Shown: in pieces, positions 18,276 through 26,994 of the stretch
Numbering within the stretch: position 1 is the stretch's first letter
Layout of the letters: each line of letters opens with the position of its first letter
Sequence record: PP942979.1
Direction: 5' to 3' (one strand)
DNA: 64,000 nucleotides
The notes under the pieces: model-generated
The model's database searches: none
What the model was told of the DNA's origin: nothing
What the model saw: only the letters and a program-made list of their open reading frames with translations
Program-made: the position numbers and the translations under genes

Positions 18276-18584
18276 ATGGAACCACCAGTCGGTACAAACA
18301 TGAAGTTGTGGAGTATTCTCGGCTCAATCGTTCGTGAGCTTGAGAAGATTAACGCCACTGCTTGGTATTTGTCGAAAGACCCGAAAGATACCTGCGGCGT
18401 TATTTGCTGCGCTATCCCTGATTACACGGACGCCACTCTAATCAAAGAGATTGAGCTGCGTGTCGGTCAGATTGAAGAACGCAAACGCTACATCGCAGGT
18501 CTGCAAAACGGTGAAGCTGGCCATACCTTTGCCTGCGAGCAACGTGCCGACGAACTCTACCAGAAGTATTGTGGTAAGCGTTAA
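18276..18584 (+). CDS. hypothetical protein (102 aa)
   Basis: GAGG RBS. Confidence 0.65.
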   Translation: MEPPVGTNMKLWSILGSIVRELEKINATAWYLSKDPKDTCGVICCAIPDYTDATLIKEIELRVGQIEERKRYIAGLQNGEAGHTFACEQRADELYQKYCGKR

Positions 18585-18592
18585 TCTGTAAA
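18583..18592 (+). promoter_or_regulatory. AATCTGTAAA motif, copy 3
   Basis: Overlaps the upstream stop; 47 nt before ATG 18639. Confidence 0.6.
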
Positions 18593-18638
18593 ACAATAAC
18601 ATAACAACCTTTTGACTACACACTGCAAGGATATAAAA

Positions 18639-19220
18639 ATGAAAGAGTTCCTGTCTAAGTATTTCGATCTGAAGGAGTACGACCGTTGGCCGCTCGCTCT
18701 GCTTTTCGTTGGAGCTGTGTTCGCAATCGCAAGTGACTTCCTGTTTGCCTACGATGCAGTCTGGCCGATGTTCGTCGTCTTCGCGCTGTATACCGTAGCG
18801 GTCATTCTCGATGTGCGCAATATCATGGAGTCAGGCAACACCGCTCCGTCGTGGGGATGGCTGTTGTTCATTCCTGTTTATCTGTGGAAGCGCGACACTC
18901 TTACGCAAAAGAAGAATCGCAACATCTTCTATGCGTGGATGATTCTGTGCATTCTCTCATTCGGCAGTAGTTATCTCGCAATGAACCGCGATAACCACGA
19001 GCTGGTGGAACAGGATGTGTGTAGTGTGCTCGATACGATTGACTCATTGCAGTCCAACAACATCACCTGCGTCCGTGCGTACAACATGGAAGAGCAGTAT
19101 GACGGGTACTGGAAAGGCAGTGCCCATCTATCCAACAACCGCGATGTTAATGTAAGCGCTGATTACAACAAAGATAAAGACAGCGTGTACGTTCAAATTC
19201 ATAGCCTGTTAGGAGAGTAA
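18639..19220 (+). CDS. membrane protein with about 4 TM helices and a soluble C-terminal domain
   Basis: Four hydrophobic segments, then a hydrophilic domain with 2 Cys; AAGGA RBS. Confidence 0.7.
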   Translation: MKEFLSKYFDLKEYDRWPLALLFVGAVFAIASDFLFAYDAVWPMFVVFALYTVAVILDVRNIMESGNTAPSWGWLLFIPVYLWKRDTLTQKKNRNIFYAWMILCILSFGSSYLAMNRDNHELVEQDVCSVLDTIDSLQSNNITCVRAYNMEEQYDGYWKGSAHLSNNRDVNVSADYNKDKDSVYVQIHSLLGE

Positions 19221-19221
19221 C

Positions 19222-19914
19222 GTGGAACAAAATCCCCTCGATATGCCTGTTCATATCGTTAACGGTTTTCAATTCCGAGAAGAATCTGCAAAGCTGATGG
19301 CTTATGCGCTGGACATGAAACGTCTCGGTGCTAACATCGACGCGAACTTCTGGGACACGCGCATTCTCGACGACGACCAGAATATTGACATGATTCAACG
19401 CCTGTCTACTACTGGTCCTGTGATTAATCGTCGTAGTTTCGACCTGTTCGAATCGGCTGACCGCTGCCGCAGAAATGCCGCCGTTGTGTTCGAAGCGCTT
19501 ATCTACGGCTTTGACCTGATGATGCAGGAATTCCGTGAATCGTTCCTAGCGGATGAAGGTGTCTCGCCCTGGATTGATCGCCACGACACAAACATGTTTA
19601 GTCGTGAACTGTTGCAATATCTCACTCGTCCGGCGGAAGAATCTGACCTACTCGATCTGCCAGTCTATCGTCGTCAGGCTGCGGCTCTGTGTGACGTGGA
19701 GCCAGTGCTGCTTACGTTGCGTGTACATAACGAAATTCAGTACGTCTGGAACGGTGAGTGGCGAGCGCTGACGAACGCTCCGATCGAAACACGCCGTCGT
19801 CAATGCGTTAACTGGTATTACAACCACGCATTCACAATCCATCGTCTGCGTCACATGCTGTCGCGCTACCTGTATCACAAATTTCCTGAGCAGTTCGGAG
19901 GCAAAAGTGCGTAA
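19222..19914 (+). CDS. hypothetical protein (230 aa)
   Basis: AGGAG RBS, GTG start. Confidence 0.7.
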   Translation: MEQNPLDMPVHIVNGFQFREESAKLMAYALDMKRLGANIDANFWDTRILDDDQNIDMIQRLSTTGPVINRRSFDLFESADRCRRNAAVVFEALIYGFDLMMQEFRESFLADEGVSPWIDRHDTNMFSRELLQYLTRPAEESDLLDLPVYRRQAAALCDVEPVLLTLRVHNEIQYVWNGEWRALTNAPIETRRRQCVNWYYNHAFTIHRLRHMLSRYLYHKFPEQFGGKSA

Positions 19915-20245
19915 CATCATCGCTGTACTGAAAATGCGTTACATCGAACAACTGCGTGACGGCTACGAAGACGGCCCGATTTTCGATATTGTTTACTTTG
20001 ACGGCGAAGCGAAAGAAGCACCGCATTTTGTGCGTACTCGTATTGCCGATACGCTGTTCCCAAACAGTGTCGAAGATTCCGCTGTTGGTGGTTACGACTA
20101 TTTGGTGCTGAGTGTACGTGACCACGACAACGATGTTGAACTCAAGCCGGGTGACTTTGTTGTGTTCCGTGAAAACAGCAGCTTCACAACTCTTCGTGGT
20201 TTTGATACAGCAGAGGTGATTGATGGAAAACTCCGTCTTAGTTGA
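19907..20245 (+). CDS. hypothetical protein (112 aa)
   Basis: GGAGG RBS, GTG start. Confidence 0.65.
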   Translation: MRNIIAVLKMRYIEQLRDGYEDGPIFDIVYFDGEAKEAPHFVRTRIADTLFPNSVEDSAVGGYDYLVLSVRDHDNDVELKPGDFVVFRENSSFTTLRGFDTAEVIDGKLRLS

Positions 20246-20699
20246 TCTGCGTGGGCGTCTGGTAAAGGCGCTCGGCTTGACTGTGGTGAGCAGCGGCCAG
20301 TCTGCCTGTTACGTTGACCCTGAAGGTAACCCTATGGGTCTGGTACGTGAATGGCGTCCTGAGTCGGCAGAGAATATTCTGCTGGTGATCGAGCGTTACG
20401 GTCTGTGTGTTGAACGTACAGTTGACCCACAACATAAACCACGTCCCGGAGAAGAAGATAAGATTGTGTGGCAGTACAACGTGTGGTCACGCAATCCAAT
20501 CTATCGGACGTTGTCCGTGGATAACTTTGCTCGCAGTCGTGGTGCGCGCATTGTCGGACCCGACTTGAAGACGGCCGTGTTTACGTGGGCAGTGCTTCGA
20601 GCCGAGCGTGTCAAAGAACTGCGTGAGTCTAAAGTGGACGCGAAGCTCTATAACTTCAATGTGCTCCAGGAGAAGGTGTATGTATCACCAGCTGAGTGA
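20220..20699 (+). CDS. hypothetical protein (possibly NinX/DUF2591-like)
   Basis: GAGGTG RBS; LLVIERYGL...GPDLKTAVF pattern. Confidence 0.55.
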   Translation: MMENSVLVDLRGRLVKALGLTVVSSGQSACYVDPEGNPMGLVREWRPESAENILLVIERYGLCVERTVDPQHKPRPGEEDKIVWQYNVWSRNPIYRTLSVDNFARSRGARIVGPDLKTAVFTWAVLRAERVKELRESKVDAKLYNFNVLQEKVYVSPAE

Positions 20700-21090
20700 T
20701 AATCCAAGTTCCGATGAACTACGCCAGTATTATGAGCAGGTCCACAAAGAAGCCGAAGAAATCATGCAGCAGGTGTGGGCGCTTCGCGGTTGGACTGTTC
20801 GCTGGGAATGGCATAACGGTATTTGTGATGATTGCCAGTTCCTGTTTGACGCATCAGGCAAGTGTCTTGGTGAGAAACATGCGGCTATCCCACAAGATGC
20901 AGGCATGGCAGGCAAGATTGACTCACTCAAGCTGTCTGTCTCTCATACCAAGAAATCTGTAAAGATCAGTAACAAGAGCGCTGATAAGCCAGTTGAGGGA
21001 AAAGGTCGTAATCTAAGGCTTGCCTACCTCAACTGGTTGCTCAACATTGAAAAGCAGAAAGCTGAGGAGAAAACGTGCGCTGTCCCTTAA
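20680..21090 (+). CDS. hypothetical protein (136 aa)
   Basis: AGGAG/AAGG RBS before ATG 20680. Confidence 0.65.
   Translation: MYHQLSDNPSSDELRQYYEQVHKEAEEIMQQVWALRGWTVRWEWHNGICDDCQFLFDASGKCLGEKHAAIPQDAGMAGKIDSLKLSVSHTKKSVKISNKSADKPVEGKGRNLRLAYLNWLLNIEKQKAEEKTCAVP
20954..20963 (+). promoter_or_regulatory. AATCTGTAAA motif, copy 4 (intragenic, upstream of dCMP deaminase)
   Basis: Exact 10-mer. Confidence 0.35.
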
Positions 21091-21596
21091 ACGAATTACC
21101 GATGAATCTCGATCAGGCTGAACACATTATGGCTAGTGTGTTTACGCTCGCCGGTTCATCGAAGTCCAAACGTCGTGCCACTGCCGCTATGCTCGTTCAC
21201 TTTCATCATGGCTTCCCGACTGTCATCAGTAGCGGTGTGAACGGTACGCAGCCTGGTGAAAGCAACGTTATGGAGAACGACGACCTAACGCTCTCGCTCG
21301 ACACTGTTATTCATGCTGAGGTGAACTGCCTCAATCGCATGGAAGAATACAGCATGTGGGCTGACGAGAAGGACATCCTGTTCTGTACCGATTCGCCGTG
21401 TCCTAACTGCTTGGCTGATCTCGAAGCCGAAGGCGTTAAGACTGTAGTGTACGCGCGTGAGTATCGTCTGACGGAACATCTCGACGCATCGAAGATCAAG
21501 ATGTTCTGCCTGGACATGAAGTCGGTAGAACTCCGTATGCTTCGCGGCATCGAGCGCATGAAAGAAGTAATCGCAACAACACCAGTGTCTAACTAA
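21075..21596 (+). CDS. dCMP deaminase
   Basis: SSGVNG, HAEVN, SPCPNC zinc motif, VKTVVY. Confidence 0.85.
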   Translation: MRCPLNELPMNLDQAEHIMASVFTLAGSSKSKRRATAAMLVHFHHGFPTVISSGVNGTQPGESNVMENDDLTLSLDTVIHAEVNCLNRMEEYSMWADEKDILFCTDSPCPNCLADLEAEGVKTVVYAREYRLTEHLDASKIKMFCLDMKSVELRMLRGIERMKEVIATTPVSN

Positions 21597-21621
21597 GACC
21601 AATAACTGAGAGGCTCTCAAC

Positions 21622-22398
21622 ATGGAAAACAAATTCGAAACAGGTTTTAAATGCCACCCTCTAACTAAAGAGCAGCAGGACCAAGCGTTCCGCGAGTTCG
21701 ATAGACAGCAACAAAAGTCGCTGGAGCGTCTGGTGCAGATGATTGAATCTGATCCCGTGTTGAGGGCCCAGCACGAAGCGGCTCGTCGTTATGACCATGA
21801 GCAGAAGTTTGGTAGCTTGGACTTCTCTAAACTCGAAGACAGGGTTATGGCTAATGCTGTCATGGGTCGCATGTCTTCACCTAGCAGCAACAGCGAAGAA
21901 CGTGTAGCTGGTACGTTTGAACATTCATCTGGTGTAGTTCGTGGTGTAGTTCAACGCTATCCACGCATGTCCGACAATCTGCCTCGTGATGGTCGCATTA
22001 AAGTTGAAGTAGTACCAGGGAAACGTATGCTGCAAACCGATATTCATCTCGGCGATGTGAAGACAGAAGACCTGTCGCTTGCTATGGCTGCCGTTGCATT
22101 CGGTCTTAGTGGTGAACAGCTTGGCGTCATTCCTGCTCCGGGTGGCGGTCAGTTCGTTGAGCCGGAAACGAAGTTGAGTTACATCGACGAAGCTCCATTT
22201 ATTCCAAATCATCTGCCTCAGCACTACCTGCAATCTGATACAGGCCCAGTGCCTGCGTGTGGTCGTGCTTTGCGTATAGCTCCGAAAGATTCATGGTCTG
22301 CCGAGCGCCGTGACCGTGCTGCGACGTCTGCACCTGCTCGTAAGAAACTCCGTGCCCGTACACGCGCCCAGAAGAAAGCGCGTCGTAAACAACGCTGA
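21622..22398 (+). CDS. hypothetical protein with short PolA-like peptide motifs and an Arg-rich tail
   Basis: DFSKLEDRVMAN, MGRMSS; GAGG RBS. Confidence 0.7.
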   Translation: MENKFETGFKCHPLTKEQQDQAFREFDRQQQKSLERLVQMIESDPVLRAQHEAARRYDHEQKFGSLDFSKLEDRVMANAVMGRMSSPSSNSEERVAGTFEHSSGVVRGVVQRYPRMSDNLPRDGRIKVEVVPGKRMLQTDIHLGDVKTEDLSLAMAAVAFGLSGEQLGVIPAPGGGQFVEPETKLSYIDEAPFIPNHLPQHYLQSDTGPVPACGRALRIAPKDSWSAERRDRAATSAPARKKLRARTRAQKKARRKQR

Positions 22399-22408
22399 GG
22401 TAACAGCA

Positions 22409-22900
22409 ATGAGTAATGAGATTAAACAAGCCTCGATGGAGAGCTACAACGCGCTTGGCCTGCCGAGTGATTTTATGAATCTCGTATCAGACGAAGATGC
22501 CGCAGACTTCGTGGCTAAACTGTCTGACGAGAAACGCCGTAAGCTGACTGTCGGTCTGGCGCTGCTTCATCTGCAAATTCCTGATGCGATTCGTTATGAG
22601 TTGTTGACGAACCACATCGACGAAACTGAGCGTCTGGTTCACAATGCGTTCCAGGACCTGAGCGCTTCGCTGGTAAACAAGCTGTCGCATGAAGGTAGCG
22701 CTGAAACTAAATCAACACTCGGTAGTGTTCGTCTGGCAATGCTGATGAACATTCTGGGCTTTGATGATGCTACTCTTAGTGGCGTCTTGAACGACCCTAT
22801 CCTGACACGCCGCGCAAGCCTTGTTGCTGTGACTGGCTTGAATGAGATGGGTCAGAAAATCCAACAACTGTACGACGAGAAAAACAATGAGCCAACCTAA
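22409..22900 (+). CDS. hypothetical helical protein (163 aa)
   Basis: GAGGT RBS before ATG 22409. Confidence 0.7.
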   Translation: MSNEIKQASMESYNALGLPSDFMNLVSDEDAADFVAKLSDEKRRKLTVGLALLHLQIPDAIRYELLTNHIDETERLVHNAFQDLSASLVNKLSHEGSAETKSTLGSVRLAMLMNILGFDDATLSGVLNDPILTRRASLVAVTGLNEMGQKIQQLYDEKNNEPT

Positions 22901-23030
22901 CGTAGCAACTCAATCAGAAGAAATGGATCTGGATGCAATCCCTGGTCTGGACCCAGATGCAGTAGCACCGAACGGTGTTGATGCAGCAGCATCTGATGAA
23001 GGTTGTGAAGGCGGCGCCTGCAAAATCTAA
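22887..23030 (+). CDS. 47-aa acidic peptide ending in an NrdA-like redox tail (DEGCEGGACKI)
   Basis: C-terminus nearly identical to E. coli NrdA DDGCESGACKI; followed by a terminator. Confidence 0.7.
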   Translation: MSQPNVATQSEEMDLDAIPGLDPDAVAPNGVDAAASDEGCEGGACKI

Positions 23031-23033
23031 TTC

Positions 23034-23056
23034 ATGGGGCCTAGTGCCCCATTTTT
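23034..23056 (+). terminator. rho-independent terminator
   Basis: ATGGGGC-CTAGT-GCCCCAT-TTTT. Confidence 0.75.
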
Positions 23057-23074
23057 CGTTTGAGGATAAAAACG

Positions 23075-23602
23075 ATGCAAACAGCCTATCGCTGCAAACA
23101 CTGCAAGTATGTCCACATCGGCAAAGTGTCCAGTTGTGATTGTCAGGGCAGTAAGAAATTCGAATATACGTTGGTGCAAATCATCGACGTGCCCGAGAAC
23201 GAAGACCAAGTACCTCCGTTCAAAGATCTCAAACACTCTCGCGCTCAACGCTACGTGAACGTTAAAGACGGCACGTATGGTAATGGCATCTATGAACTTC
23301 GTGAGAAGCGTGATGGTGAGCGCTACTGGTGGACGCATCTCGGTACTATGCAGAGCGGGTTCGATAGCACTGATATGCCTTACCAGTTCTGCGAAGACAA
23401 TCGTAAGGCGAATGTTTTACTGGCTGCCGCTGGTCCTGTTATGCTCGAAGCGCTATACATGGCGTATCAGTATTTCCATCTCAAGCGTGAGGTTCAGGGC
23501 AGTTCTATTAAGAACGATAGCCGACTGTCCATCATCGCCGACGCGATTCGTCAGGGTACTGACCTATCTGTGTTCGATACACTTCAAATACCTAAGGAAT
23601 AA
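23075..23602 (+). CDS. hypothetical protein with an N-terminal Cys cluster
   Basis: CKHC...CDC; GAGGA RBS. Confidence 0.65.
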   Translation: MQTAYRCKHCKYVHIGKVSSCDCQGSKKFEYTLVQIIDVPENEDQVPPFKDLKHSRAQRYVNVKDGTYGNGIYELREKRDGERYWWTHLGTMQSGFDSTDMPYQFCEDNRKANVLLAAAGPVMLEALYMAYQYFHLKREVQGSSIKNDSRLSIIADAIRQGTDLSVFDTLQIPKE

Positions 23603-23604
23603 CC

Positions 23605-24240
23605 ATGTTGATTGATGCGTTGAAAGCAATTCCTGCGATCATACTCTGCTATATAGTGTGGCGCTATTTCCTGAACAAGCGTGACCACGATCGTCATCTG
23701 ATTAAGGCGCAAGAGCATTACAATCGTGGCCACCTCGATCGTGGTAACGCCTGGATTCATTTGAAGACGGGTCGTCCTTACACCGTGCTGTGGTTGACCA
23801 ACACGGGTACGTCTAAGGCAGGCTGGGAAATCAACGTCGTATACACGCATGACTTCCAGCAAATATATAGCCGCCCGTTCAGTGAGTTCTGTCACAAGTT
23901 TCATCATATTAGTCGTGGTGAGAATGAACAGCATTTCGAAGCGTTGCTAGTGACTGAGCAGATGCTCAACAATACTGAACTACGTCTTCCTAAGGAAGGT
24001 GAGATTTGGTTTGAAGGTACTGTCCATGCAACACCGCCAGAACTGGTGAAGCAGGGTCATGCACCTCAAGTCGTGTCTCAACGTCGTGCGCACATTGATA
24101 TGGTACTGGCTTTAGGTGAAGCGCATCCAGTCGTCGTATTTACTGTAAATGAAAAGCAGACAGCAATGTTGCTTTCACAGTTCATTTTCATCTATCGCAA
24201 AGAGGTGTCCTTCGATGGAACAACCAGCTCTTGTGTTTAA
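23605..24240 (+). CDS. membrane-anchored protein with a DUF1653-like domain
   Basis: N-terminal TM; WIHLKTGRPYTVL...VVY...IYSRPFSEF. Confidence 0.6.
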   Translation: MLIDALKAIPAIILCYIVWRYFLNKRDHDRHLIKAQEHYNRGHLDRGNAWIHLKTGRPYTVLWLTNTGTSKAGWEINVVYTHDFQQIYSRPFSEFCHKFHHISRGENEQHFEALLVTEQMLNNTELRLPKEGEIWFEGTVHATPPELVKQGHAPQVVSQRRAHIDMVLALGEAHPVVVFTVNEKQTAMLLSQFIFIYRKEVSFDGTTSSCV

Positions 24241-24562
24241 ATACGTGATGTTCGTCCGTACGCGCACCAAAGAGCGTGACGACGGCGTTTACTTGCCTGT
24301 GATATTCCCGACGCATATCATGCACTCTGATATGTCAGACGAAATGCGCGGCTACGGTATCTCCAACGGTTTTCGGGAGAATCGCTATCATCAGCGTATC
24401 GATCCCATCTCGGCTGGCTTTATCAATCTGCGAACGCTTCTATGCTTCGGTGAATCTGAATCTCTGGAACTGAAATCTCGTCCAGAAGATAGCACCATCA
24501 TCGCAGAGTATATGAAGACCCAGGGTAAAGGCGCAGAAGCTCCTCCAGAGGATGATGAATGA
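24215..24562 (+). CDS. conserved phage hypothetical protein
   Basis: VIFP..IMHS..ISAGF..CFGESESLELKSRPED pattern; GAGGTG RBS. Confidence 0.65.
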   Translation: MEQPALVFKYVMFVRTRTKERDDGVYLPVIFPTHIMHSDMSDEMRGYGISNGFRENRYHQRIDPISAGFINLRTLLCFGESESLELKSRPEDSTIIAEYMKTQGKGAEAPPEDDE

Positions 24563-24903
24563 TGGACATTCTGAGATCAATCTGGGCTAGCCCTTTCTGG
24601 GACAGTCCTGCATCTGCATTTGTGCCTACGGCGCTTATTATCGCATTCTTTATCTACACCGAATGGCGTGAGCGTCGTACTCTGCGTCTGTCTCGTAAGG
24701 CATTCGCAGACGGCTGGGACCCGAAGAAGAATACTCTCTTCCGCCACAAGTGGTTCCCATTCATGACTTGTCGTGTGGACTTTTATTCGAATAGCCCGAA
24801 TGATAAGTTCACGCCGTCAGTGTTTGTGCAAAGGAATGGTGGGCGTTATGTAGAGATGCCTGCCTATGTGTTACGTTACCGCTATAATGAGATTAAACAA
24901 TGA
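24559..24903 (+). CDS. hypothetical membrane protein
   Basis: One TM segment; GAGGA RBS. Confidence 0.6.
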   Translation: MMDILRSIWASPFWDSPASAFVPTALIIAFFIYTEWRERRTLRLSRKAFADGWDPKKNTLFRHKWFPFMTCRVDFYSNSPNDKFTPSVFVQRNGGRYVEMPAYVLRYRYNEIKQ

Positions 24904-25241
24904 CACCAGCAATCCGCTTTAACGAGCAGACCTGTGAACTGCTGAAAAAGATCTTCGGCAACAACAAGCCTTTCTTTGTTGTGCGCCGCGACACAATCAT
25001 CGAAAACGATAAGCAGTTCGGTGAGCGTGTGTATCTGGCCAATGGCACGCATGTCATTACCGTGCCTAACGTACAGGGCCTCGATCTCGGAGATAAGCTC
25101 TATCTCGCAGAAGACAGTGAGGTGTACGAGTGGCATCCTCATTTCGACCGCCCCAAATACGAAGCAAGCAACAATCAAAAGGAAGCTCTCGCTTTTGGTC
25201 TTCATCCTATCGTCCATCATAAAGACAGCCGGAACTCTTAA
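24900..25241 (+). CDS. hypothetical protein (113 aa)
   Basis: ATGA overlap. Confidence 0.65.
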   Translation: MTPAIRFNEQTCELLKKIFGNNKPFFVVRRDTIIENDKQFGERVYLANGTHVITVPNVQGLDLGDKLYLAEDSEVYEWHPHFDRPKYEASNNQKEALAFGLHPIVHHKDSRNS

Positions 25242-26344
25242 TGAACAATCAACCTCTCGATCTGCGCGATCCCAATCAGTACGAACTGTATTCTCTGCAT
25301 TGCGTGGATGAACAGTACATCAATCTCGGCAATGCAATTCTGATGCACGGTACTGACGAAACAGATCCCGGTCGTACCGAAGACACGTGGCGCACTCTGA
25401 TCGGTATTGGCTTTCAATTGACCAACACGCTGATCGCTTTCCCTGCGTTGCTATCTGCGCGTAAGAACTGGTTCGCAGCCGTTGATGAAATGTGCTGGAT
25501 GGCTCGCGGTGAAACAAATATCGGCAGTCTCAATTCCAAAATCTGGAACGAGTGGGCGGACGAAGATGGCGAGTGCGGTCCTATCTACGGTCTGATGTGG
25601 CGCATGTGGCCTGATATCAAAACCTTCCCGACTATTGAGTCGATGAAGGAGCGTCAGATTAGCGATGCTGAAATCGAGCGTATCTCCAAAGAGATCAATC
25701 GCATGAAGGCCGCTGGTTACACTGAAACGGAAATGGCTGACGGCCGTGTGTGCTACGAAGGTACAATCGATCAGTTTGCTGATGCTCTGCGTCAGGTAAT
25801 GAATCGCAGTCGCTCACGTCGCATCCGTGTTCAGGCATACAATCCAGCGTATCTCAACATGCAGGGTCTGCCGCCGTGCCACACTGAGTTTGAGTTCAAT
25901 GTGACTAAGCCTACGCTGTATGAAACGGCTCAGATGGAAGCACGTCAGATGGCGCCTGCCGAAGACTCGCTGCACATCACGGTGACCATGCGTTCCAACG
26001 ACACGCTTCTGGGCAGACCGTTCAACATCATCGGCTACAGCGCCATGCACCAAATGATCGCGAAGTGGGCAGGCATGAACGTCGGCAGCTTTACGCTGAA
26101 TACTACCAACACGCATCTGTACACTCACCACTTCGAAGCGTTCAAAAAGCAAAGTGAGCAGTGGGCAGTTCTCGCAGACAACATGAAACGCACTGGCGAA
26201 CCTGTTGTCTATCCTATGCTGGAAATCAGCGACGACATTCTTGGCCTGACTCCGGAAGAGTTGCTTGATAACGCCAATGCTGAATGGTTCCAGCTTCTCG
26301 ATTATGCACCAGCACAGGCAGTCAAAGGACGGGTGACAAAGTGA
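25241..26344 (+). CDS. thyA: thymidylate synthase (ThyA family)
   Basis: DRTGTG-like GRTEDT, IWNEWAD..GPIYG..WR, SRSRR, LPPCH, MRSNDTLLGRPFN, NTHLY. Confidence 0.9.
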   Translation: MNNQPLDLRDPNQYELYSLHCVDEQYINLGNAILMHGTDETDPGRTEDTWRTLIGIGFQLTNTLIAFPALLSARKNWFAAVDEMCWMARGETNIGSLNSKIWNEWADEDGECGPIYGLMWRMWPDIKTFPTIESMKERQISDAEIERISKEINRMKAAGYTETEMADGRVCYEGTIDQFADALRQVMNRSRSRRIRVQAYNPAYLNMQGLPPCHTEFEFNVTKPTLYETAQMEARQMAPAEDSLHITVTMRSNDTLLGRPFNIIGYSAMHQMIAKWAGMNVGSFTLNTTNTHLYTHHFEAFKKQSEQWAVLADNMKRTGEPVVYPMLEISDDILGLTPEELLDNANAEWFQLLDYAPAQAVKGRVTK

Positions 26345-26994
26345 ACAACAACATTCTTCTGATCAAGCGCGTTTCTTCTTACCTGTATGTAGGCTATTGC
26401 GAAAATGCAAGTGACATTCCCCGTCGTGGTGTTGAGATGCTGGACATTGTTGTGCCGAGCCCTGTAAGTGGTGACTCAGACAACATTCTCGATATGAAAG
26501 CGCGTTGCATCTATCATTTGCCACACAACTGTTTCCTGCTGCAACATGTAGATGGTGAGTTCGAGGGCAACGAATACCCGGCGTGGACGAAAAAGCATTG
26601 TCGGGATAACATGGAAATCTTCCAGCGTTCGTCTCATGGCCGTGAGCAGGCAGCGATTGAACTCATGCTGAATGAACTGCGTGATGCGGAAGTTGAGCAT
26701 CCGGAATGGCCGGAAGAAGCAATTCATGCAGGCTCCATTCTCGTGGAAGAAGCGGGTGAGTTGCTGCGCGATTGCGTGTCCTTCGATGAAACAGGTGACG
26801 ATAAGCTGATCGTTAATATGCAGATCGAAGCCGTACAGACAGGTGCAATGGCATTGCGCTTCCTGAAAAATCTGTCCACGTCGCAGAAGCGCACTATCCC
26901 GCATAATGCTCTGCGTACTATCTTAAACTCAGAGATGACTCCGGAAGAGCAACTGGCGGAGATGCGTCGTCTTATCGATCACGGAGTACGCTAA
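26341..26994 (+). CDS. MazG-like (all-alpha NTP pyrophosphohydrolase) domain protein
   Basis: ELRDAEVEHPEWP...ILVEEAGEL...EAVQTGAMALRF; GTG start 26341. Confidence 0.65.
   Translation: MNNNILLIKRVSSYLYVGYCENASDIPRRGVEMLDIVVPSPVSGDSDNILDMKARCIYHLPHNCFLLQHVDGEFEGNEYPAWTKKHCRDNMEIFQRSSHGREQAAIELMLNELRDAEVEHPEWPEEAIHAGSILVEEAGELLRDCVSFDETGDDKLIVNMQIEAVQTGAMALRFLKNLSTSQKRTIPHNALRTILNSEMTPEEQLAEMRRLIDHGVR

Noticed and set aside
25241-26344. Thymidylate synthase homolog as a dCMP hydroxymethylase
   Set aside because: The specificity residue is Asn (GRPFN, E. coli N177), which selects dUMP; dCMP hydroxymethylases have Asp. A dUMP hydroxymethylase cannot be fully excluded, but no supporting kinase or transferase genes were recognised.
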